33,151 bases of DNA, taken from assembly GCA_048941265.1 (NCBI GenBank), contig JBHLNT010000032.1, positions 1 through 33,151 of the forward strand, in the 5' to 3' direction. The DNA is from Promethearchaeota archaeon (lineage in GTDB: Archaea > Asgardarchaeota > Lokiarchaeia > Sigyniarchaeales > SOKP01). The notes under the pieces are model-generated. The model saw nothing but the letters and a program-made list of their open reading frames with translations, was not told the DNA's origin and ran no database searches. The position numbers were made by a program, and so were the translations under genes. Shown here in pieces: positions 27,286 to 33,151 of the stretch (its first letter is position 1; each line of letters starts with the position of its first letter).

Positions 27286-28080
27286 ATGTTTAGACTAATT
27301 CTATTAATCATAATATTAGCATTTATCTTTGAAACATTAGATTCCGCCGCTGGAATGGGTTTTGGAACATGTATGGCTCCAATATTATTTTTATTAGGGT
27401 ATAGCCCGCTTCAAATTGTTCCTACATTATTAATATCGCAAGCTATAACAGGTTTAACCAATGCATTTTTTGATCATGAATTTGGAAATGTTAATTTTTC
27501 ATTTAGGCCATTGAATGATACTACAAGATTTACATTTTTAGTGGCAATTTTTGGGTGTTTAGCAATTTTCTTTTCTATATTTCTTATATATTTTACTTTT
27601 AAATCACCTGTTATGATTATAAAAATATATGTCGCAATTTTAGTCTTATCTATGGGATTAATTGGCTTATCTCGTTTGAGAATAAAAGAAAATAAAAATG
27701 TAATATTTAAACCCAAATTATTTATTGCCTTTTCAGCCCTTGCAGGATTTAATAAAGGAATTGGAGGAGGGGGATATGGTCCAGTAATGACAATGGGTCA
27801 GATTTATTCTGGTGTTTATGAAAAGTCGGCGACTGCAATTGTTTCTCTCGCAGAAGCCTTAGTATCCATTACGGGCATCATTACATTTTTTTTGATAAGT
27901 TTAGCTGGAATAGAGTTAGATCTAGTACTTTTACCTTCTATATTTACTGGAGGATTTATTGCGGCTATTTTATCACCATATTTAGTGAGAATAATGCCCA
28001 ATTTGATTTGGAAAATTTTAATTCCGATTTATACGATAATAATGGGAATTGTGTCCCTATTACTAATATTAGTTTACTAA
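27286..28080 (+). CDS. TauE/SafE (TSUP) family sulfur-oxyanion transporter
   Basis: Multi-TM protein with 'DSAAGMGFGTCMAPIL' and 'AGFNKGIGGGGYGPV' half-repeat motifs; upstream of sat. Confidence 0.87.
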   Translation: MFRLILLIIILAFIFETLDSAAGMGFGTCMAPILFLLGYSPLQIVPTLLISQAITGLTNAFFDHEFGNVNFSFRPLNDTTRFTFLVAIFGCLAIFFSIFLIYFTFKSPVMIIKIYVAILVLSMGLIGLSRLRIKENKNVIFKPKLFIAFSALAGFNKGIGGGGYGPVMTMGQIYSGVYEKSATAIVSLAEALVSITGIITFFLISLAGIELDLVLLPSIFTGGFIAAILSPYLVRIMPNLIWKILIPIYTIIMGIVSLLLILVY

Positions 28081-28124
28081 ATAATGTATTTTAAAGAATA
28101 AAAAAAATATGCAGGGAAAAAATT

Positions 28125-28256
28125 ATGAATTTTAACAACTCGTTAAAAGCATCAAAAAATGAAAATAAATTGTTCTATTATGGTGTTTTAGTAGGTATTA
28201 TTTTAGGATTTTTGCTTGTTATAGGTTTAATTGGATTTATAGATTCAATAAATTAA
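28125..28256 (+). CDS. 43-aa single-TM glycine-zipper micro-protein (not in ORF track)
   Basis: Hand translation: MNFNNSLKASKNENKLFYYGVLVGIILGFLLVIGLIGFIDSIN. Aligns without gaps to the 26956 micro-protein. Confidence 0.65.
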   Translation: MNFNNSLKASKNENKLFYYGVLVGIILGFLLVIGLIGFIDSIN

Positions 28257-28267
28257 AAGAATATGTT

Positions 28268-28283
28268 TAATTATAGATAATTA
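28268..28283 (+). promoter_or_regulatory. Inverted repeat taattat-ag-ataatta (TAATTA-N4-TAATTA), candidate operator/promoter
   Basis: Ends 20 nt before the RHH gene ATG (28304). Confidence 0.45.
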
Positions 28284-28303
28284 TTAAAAAATATGGAGTA
28301 TTA

Positions 28304-28552
28304 ATGAAGAGTATGTCAGAAGATGAGCATAAGGTTGAATATACTACGGTTTCAATACCTAAAATTCTTGCGGACAAAATTAAGGATAGGATGAAAGGAA
28401 CTGGATTTGCATCAGTGTCTGCTTATGTTACCTATGTAATTCGACAGGTACTTTCATCAATTGAGGAGGAAGAAAAATCTAAAGAAGCATTTACTAAAGA
28501 AGAGGAAGAAAAAGTTAAACAACGTTTAAGAGATTTAGGATATATTGATTGA
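28304..28552 (+). CDS. Ribbon-helix-helix (CopG/Arc/MetJ-type) regulator with C-terminal RLxxLGY tail
   Basis: YTTVSIPKILADKIK....GTGFASVSAYVTYVIRQ = beta-alpha-alpha pattern; tail EEEEKVKQRLRDLGYID; ggag SD upstream. Confidence 0.85.
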   Translation: MKSMSEDEHKVEYTTVSIPKILADKIKDRMKGTGFASVSAYVTYVIRQVLSSIEEEEKSKEAFTKEEEEKVKQRLRDLGYID

Positions 28553-29724
28553 AAAAACAATTAGAAGAGAGAACAAGAATGATTCAACCACATGGAGGAA
28601 CTTTAATAAATAAAGAATTGCCTAAAATGGAAAAACAGAGGATTTTAGAGCAAGTTGATGAGTTTGAAAAAATTCAAGTAGATTCAGAGACCTGGAAAGT
28701 AATAAAAAACATTGTATTTGGAGTATTTAGCCCTTTGGAGGGGTTTATGAATGAGAATGATACTTTACATGTACTCGACCATATGTACTTAGAGAGTAAT
28801 ATTGCATGGCCTATTCCAATTGTATTAGACATATCTGAAGAAAAAGCTAAAAGAATCAATGAAGATGATAGCGTCATTCTTACCGACACATCCAGTACTC
28901 CTATAGCCTTACTGAATATCGGAGATATATACAATTATGATAAAAAATATTTTTCCGAAAGAGTATTTGGTACCTTAGATCGAAGTCATCCGGGAGTCAG
29001 AAAGGTATATAATCAAAAAGAAAAATTAATTGGCGGTGAAGTATTCTTAATAAATGAACTTCCTGCTGAATTTCCTGAACTAGATTTAAAGCCTCTAGAG
29101 ACTAGAGTATTATTTAAGGAGAAGAAATGGGATAGAGTAGTGGCATTTCAAACGAGAAATCCTCCACATCTGGGACATGAATATGTTCAAAAAGCCGGTT
29201 TAACTTATGTTGACGGACTTTTTATAAATCCAGTAATAGGGGAGAAGAAGGAAGGGGACTTTTTAGATGAAGTTATCATTGAAACTTATAAAGTATTGAT
29301 AAGGGAGTATTATCCAAAAGATAGAGTAGTTTTAAGCACGTTTGAAACTGAAATGAGATACGCAGGTCCGAAAGAAGCTATTTTCCATGCAATTGCTAGG
29401 AAGAATTTCGGGTGTGATCATATTATTATTGGAAGAGATCATGCCGGAGTTGGAAATTTTTACGGTCCTTATGATGCTCATAAAATATTTGAACAATTCC
29501 CTGACTTAGGAATAGAACCCATCTTTTTCCGTTCTTTTTCAAGATGTAAAAAATGTGATAGTGTAGTGAATGATAAAATCTGTCCTCATTCACCAGAAGA
29601 TCATATATTTTTCAGCGGCACCCAAATAAGGGATATTTTACTTTCGGGAAAAGAACCAACTCCAGATATTATGCGACCAGAAGTTGCTAAAGTAATTCTA
29701 AAATATCAAAATCCTTTTTGTTGA
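28549..29724 (+). CDS. sat: Sulfate adenylyltransferase (ATP sulfurylase, Sat type); start TTG 28549 or ATG 28579
   Basis: PHGGTL, FSPLEGFM, HPGV, AFQTRNPPHLGHE, MRYAGPKEAIFHAIARKNFGCDH.IIGRDHAG, CxxC...CPH, SGTQIR, MRPEV. Confidence 0.97.
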   Translation: MKKQLEERTRMIQPHGGTLINKELPKMEKQRILEQVDEFEKIQVDSETWKVIKNIVFGVFSPLEGFMNENDTLHVLDHMYLESNIAWPIPIVLDISEEKAKRINEDDSVILTDTSSTPIALLNIGDIYNYDKKYFSERVFGTLDRSHPGVRKVYNQKEKLIGGEVFLINELPAEFPELDLKPLETRVLFKEKKWDRVVAFQTRNPPHLGHEYVQKAGLTYVDGLFINPVIGEKKEGDFLDEVIIETYKVLIREYYPKDRVVLSTFETEMRYAGPKEAIFHAIARKNFGCDHIIIGRDHAGVGNFYGPYDAHKIFEQFPDLGIEPIFFRSFSRCKKCDSVVNDKICPHSPEDHIFFSGTQIRDILLSGKEPTPDIMRPEVAKVILKYQNPFC

Positions 29725-29801
29725 TGATAATTTTTTGAATAAGAAAGACTAAGGAATATAACTCCTTAAGAAACTAAGAAAAATATTGGTAGGAACGTTA
29801 A

Positions 29802-31187
29802 TTGAGATTAAAAGAAAGAGTAGTCGTTATTGGATTAGACTGTGCCACTCCAGTGACTTTATTTGAAGATTTCATTGAAGAGTGCCCCAATATAAAAAAA
29901 CTAATGAATCACGGTGTTTTCGGAAAATTAAGAAGTTCTGATCCCCCGATAACGATCCCAGCTTGGATGGTTATGTCCACGGGGAAAAATGCAGGATGCC
30001 TTGGAGTATATGGTTTTAGACATAGAAAAAGTAATTCATACACGGATTTCTGGGTTGCAAATTCACAAACAATTAAAGAGCCGAGAATATGGGACATTCT
30101 TGGTCAAAATGGATTAAAATCAATAATACTAGGTGTACCCCCGACATATCCAGTTCAACCGTTAAATGGCAATTTGGTTTCGGGGTTTATTACGCCCGAT
30201 ATCTTATCAAATTTTACATATCCCCCCGAATTAAAAGCAGAAATTATAGATAACATAGGGGATTATATCTTAGATACAAAATTTAGAACAGATGCTAAAG
30301 ATCAATTATTGATAGATATCTATAAAATGACAAAAATACAATTTAAAACGATAAAATATTTGATGAAAAATAAAGAATGGGATTATGTTCAGTGTGTATT
30401 AATAGGTTTGGATAGGTTGCATCATGCTTTCTGGAAATATTATGATAAAACCCATGCTAAATATGAGCCAGGCAATATTTTTGAAACAGTTATCAAAAAA
30501 TATTATGTATATTTAGATCAGGAAGTAGGAGAAATCTTAAATTTAATAGATGATGATACCATAGTCTTAATCGTCTCTGATCATGGGGCAAAAGCTATGA
30601 AAGGTGTTCTCTGCATTAATATGGCTTTAGAAAAACTTGGCCTATTAAAATTCAAGAAAAATCACGAACCTAAAACAAAAATGCAAGATGCAGAAATTGA
30701 TTGGAATAATACTTATGCTTGGGGTTGGGGAGGGTATTATGCCAGGATATTTCTTAATGTCAAGGATAGAGAAACGTATGGTATTATAGATCCAAATGAT
30801 TATGAGAATTGGAGGGATAAATTAATAGGTTTATTAAAAGAAATACCTGATAGTGCTGGAAATAAGATGAATACTAAAGTATATAGACCTGAAGATTTAT
30901 ATAGTACGATAAAAGGAGATGCTCCAGACTTATTGGTATATTTTGATGACTTATGTTGGAGATCTGCAGGTACCGTTGGATATGATTCAATGTATCTTAG
31001 CGAAAATGATACTGGTCCTGATGATGCGGTACATGATTATTATGGTGTTTTGATTATTTATGACCCTAAAAAGAAGATTGGTAAGCAAATCGAATCAAAA
31101 AATATTCTTGACATAGCTCCTACTATTTTAAAAATATATGGAATTAAGATTCCACATGATATGAAAGGTAATGTAATAAAATTCTAA
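29802..31187 (+). CDS. Alkaline phosphatase superfamily protein (type I phosphodiesterase/nucleotide pyrophosphatase-like)
   Basis: VIGLDCA, LRSSDPPITIPAW..MSTGKN.G..GVYGF, DRLHHAFW, IVSDHG, DDAVH...G, ILDIAPTIL. Confidence 0.9.
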   Translation: MRLKERVVVIGLDCATPVTLFEDFIEECPNIKKLMNHGVFGKLRSSDPPITIPAWMVMSTGKNAGCLGVYGFRHRKSNSYTDFWVANSQTIKEPRIWDILGQNGLKSIILGVPPTYPVQPLNGNLVSGFITPDILSNFTYPPELKAEIIDNIGDYILDTKFRTDAKDQLLIDIYKMTKIQFKTIKYLMKNKEWDYVQCVLIGLDRLHHAFWKYYDKTHAKYEPGNIFETVIKKYYVYLDQEVGEILNLIDDDTIVLIVSDHGAKAMKGVLCINMALEKLGLLKFKKNHEPKTKMQDAEIDWNNTYAWGWGGYYARIFLNVKDRETYGIIDPNDYENWRDKLIGLLKEIPDSAGNKMNTKVYRPEDLYSTIKGDAPDLLVYFDDLCWRSAGTVGYDSMYLSENDTGPDDAVHDYYGVLIIYDPKKKIGKQIESKNILDIAPTILKIYGIKIPHDMKGNVIKF

Positions 31188-31207
31188 TAAAAGAAATTTT
31201 AAAGATT

Positions 31208-31747
31208 ATGGAGCACAGAGGATTTACATTATGGTTTACCGGACTTCCGTGTTCTGGAAAGTCTGTTTTAGCAGATGCTGTAGCTGAAGATTTAAAAAAA
31301 AGAGGAATGAAAGTAGAAAGACTTGATGGTGATATCGTAAGAAAAGGCTTAACAAGTGATCTCGGATTTTCCGAAGAAGATCGCAATAAAAATATCGAGA
31401 GAGTCACTTTCGTTGCGAAATTATTAACTCGTAATGGTGTAGCTGTTCTAGCTTCTTTTGTTTCACCATATAATAAAATACGAGCATATTCACGTGAAGA
31501 GATTGGTGACTATATCTTAGTCTATGTTAAATGTCCCGTTGAAGTTTGTGAAGAAAGAGATGTTAAAGGAATGTATGCGAAAGCAAGGTCTGGAGAGATT
31601 AAAGATTTTACTGGGATTGATCACCCATTTGAGGAACCTGATAAAGCTGATATAATCGTTGAGACGGATAAACAAACAATCGAAGAAAGCAAAGAAATTG
31701 TAATAAATACATTGGATAAACTAGGATATCTACCAAATAAGAAATGA
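31208..31747 (+). CDS. cysC: Adenylyl-sulfate (APS) kinase
   Basis: WFTGLPCSGKS, LDGDIVR, DLGFSEEDRNKNIER, SFVSPY, RDVKGMYAKA, FTGIDHPFEEP. Confidence 0.97.
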   Translation: MEHRGFTLWFTGLPCSGKSVLADAVAEDLKKRGMKVERLDGDIVRKGLTSDLGFSEEDRNKNIERVTFVAKLLTRNGVAVLASFVSPYNKIRAYSREEIGDYILVYVKCPVEVCEERDVKGMYAKARSGEIKDFTGIDHPFEEPDKADIIVETDKQTIEESKEIVINTLDKLGYLPNKK

Positions 31748-31765
31748 ATAACAGAAATCAATACT

Positions 31766-33097
31766 CTAATCAATATTAAAAATTTTTTTTTTAACTTCTT
31801 TTATATTAATCTTATTGAATTTAAGCTTAATTAATGAATAAATCATTATACTTAAAAGAAAAACCCACCTTAAATAATAGAAAATAATCATAGGGTATTC
31901 TTTTAATCCAGGAATGAAGTTATAAAGGATTAAGGAGCTCCAAGCAAAAAATATTGCTAAGATTGAAGAGATTCCGATAATAACTATTCTATTCTTAGTG
32001 ATAAATTCAATTCCTTTATAATTCTCACTTAAATGAGGAGCAAATAGTAAGAGAACGAAGGAATACAATATTAATCCTAATAAAAAAGTATAAGAAAAAA
32101 CTCCTATTAATATATAAGCTATGGCAAAATAACCAAACTTTTCTTCAATCAATAATTTATCATTGAACATTAGGATTAAGGTAACGATAAAAAGAATAAT
32201 ACTAAATAGAATTGTAAAATTTTTAATTTCATTTGGAGATAATTCAATCCATTCTCTTAAATATATTATTTTAAAATAATTAGGTCTACGCTGTGGACGA
32301 TTAAAACCATCTAAAAAAGATATGATTTGGAAAGGATATATGAGAAATAATATATTTTGAAGAATAAACCAAATGATTATAATAAGATATTTTCTCCTGC
32401 TCTCTCTTTTAAATATATCCTTACGCGGAATATCTTGAAATAAGTATATTAATAAGAAGAAAATAAAGTATGGAGCCATCCCTATGGCAAATACTATTAA
32501 TCCATAGTTAATGATATAAAAATTTAATTCTTTAGGTTTCTCTTCTATTCTAAATTGAAGCTCTCTTCTAAGAATAAAGAGTAGAATAACAAAAGTGAGA
32601 TATTTTGATTGGTTAAAATAAAATTGATAGTAAACAAAATAACCGTTTGAAATTATTAAAAGAAAAATAGCTCTATTTGATTTTTTTTTTATATTCATTA
32701 AACTTAAAATTTTGTTAAATTCTATTATAGAAATTACTCCCAAAATGTAATTTATAATGAAAAAAATGTAATAAGCTTCTTTATAAGGGATTAATGATAT
32801 CGAAACAGCAAAGAGCATCGCAAAACTAGGCATATAACGAAAACCTCGAACATTATAAAGATTTGCTGGATTTATGAAGATTTGTCTTCCAGAATCATAA
32901 AAAATTTGAAAGTCATTCATTATGGGATCAAAATTCCAGCTAAATAACGCATAAATTGCCCATAAGGCAATAAAGATTGGAGGAATTATTAAGTGTAAAT
33001 TTTCAAATATAAGATTTTTATTAAATAAACAATAGAGAGTAAAAATGAATATTACACTAAATATTATTAAAAAGACAATGAGATATAATAATAAAAT
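31766..33097 (-). CDS. GT87/DUF2029-like multi-TM (GT-C) glycosyltransferase; first ATG at 32920, probable start ATT 33097
   Basis: 'DFQIFYDSGRQI..NPANLY....FRYMPSFAMLF' resembles the GT87 luminal-loop motif, followed by many TM segments. The frame is open up to 33103. Confidence 0.7.
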   Translation of the reverse strand: MLLLYLIVFLIIFSVIFIFTLYCLFNKNLIFENLHLIIPPIFIALWAIYALFSWNFDPIMNDFQIFYDSGRQIFINPANLYNVRGFRYMPSFAMLFAVSISLIPYKEAYYIFFIINYILGVISIIEFNKILSLMNIKKKSNRAIFLLIISNGYFVYYQFYFNQSKYLTFVILLFILRRELQFRIEEKPKELNFYIINYGLIVFAIGMAPYFIFFLLIYLFQDIPRKDIFKRESRRKYLIIIIWFILQNILFLIYPFQIISFLDGFNRPQRRPNYFKIIYLREWIELSPNEIKNFTILFSIILFIVTLILMFNDKLLIEEKFGYFAIAYILIGVFSYTFLLGLILYSFVLLLFAPHLSENYKGIEFITKNRIVIIGISSILAIFFAWSSLILYNFIPGLKEYPMIIFYYLRWVFLLSIMIYSLIKLKFNKINIKEVKKKIFNID

Positions 33098-33151
33098 GAA
33101 ATTTCACCTTTGTTTGAATATAGTTTTTTAGACTTTAAATTATGGTACTCA

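Noticed and set aside
29719-29730. Possible selenocysteine read-through at the sat stop (TGT TGA)
   Set aside because: Followed immediately by TGA TAA, and the protein is already complete.
28549-31747. Interpreting sat/cysC as dissimilatory or assimilatory sulfate reduction
   Set aside because: No aprAB, qmo, dsr, cysH or sulfite reductase in the window; APS kinase plus sulfotransferases point to sulfation. The rest of the genome is unseen.
1-33151. CRISPR arrays, tRNA/rRNA, IS elements, integrases, inteins
   Set aside because: No regularly spaced repeats, GC-rich structured islands, transposase/integrase motifs or large in-frame insertions were seen.

Overview
A very AT-rich (roughly a quarter G+C by eye), gene-dense prokaryotic window. 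Composition, TATA-like promoters, split transketolase and protein style suggest an archaeon, possibly Lokiarchaeia/Asgard (inference only). It holds a large surface-glycan biosynthesis and decoration locus: three sulfotransferases (two of heparan-sulfate-sulfotransferase type), a sulfatase-fold protein, two methyltransferases, GT4 and GT87-like glycosyltransferases, an ABC-2 exporter, four SDR nucleotide-sugar enzymes and WecB. A heptose operon (hddA-gmhA-rpe-hldA-like-tktN-tktC) carries its own sedoheptulose-7-P supply. Past ileS lies a PAPS-supply operon (TauE-family transporter, RHH regulator, sat, AP-superfamily enzyme, cysC) with no sulfate-reduction genes. The window therefore plausibly encodes a PAPS-fuelled system for sulfated, methylated, heptose-containing glycans. 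Other notable observations: IleRS with the non-canonical GIHH motif; an HldA-like protein lacking the catalytic GAGD; a sulfotransferase with substituted catalytic residues; three unannotated single-TM micro-ORFs around tauE (two are glycine-zipper paralogs); a repeated TAATTA-N4-TAATTA element; an RHH protein carrying the 'RLxxLGY' tail; and two genes that appear to start at ATA/ATT. No rRNA, tRNA, CRISPR array or mobile element was recognised.
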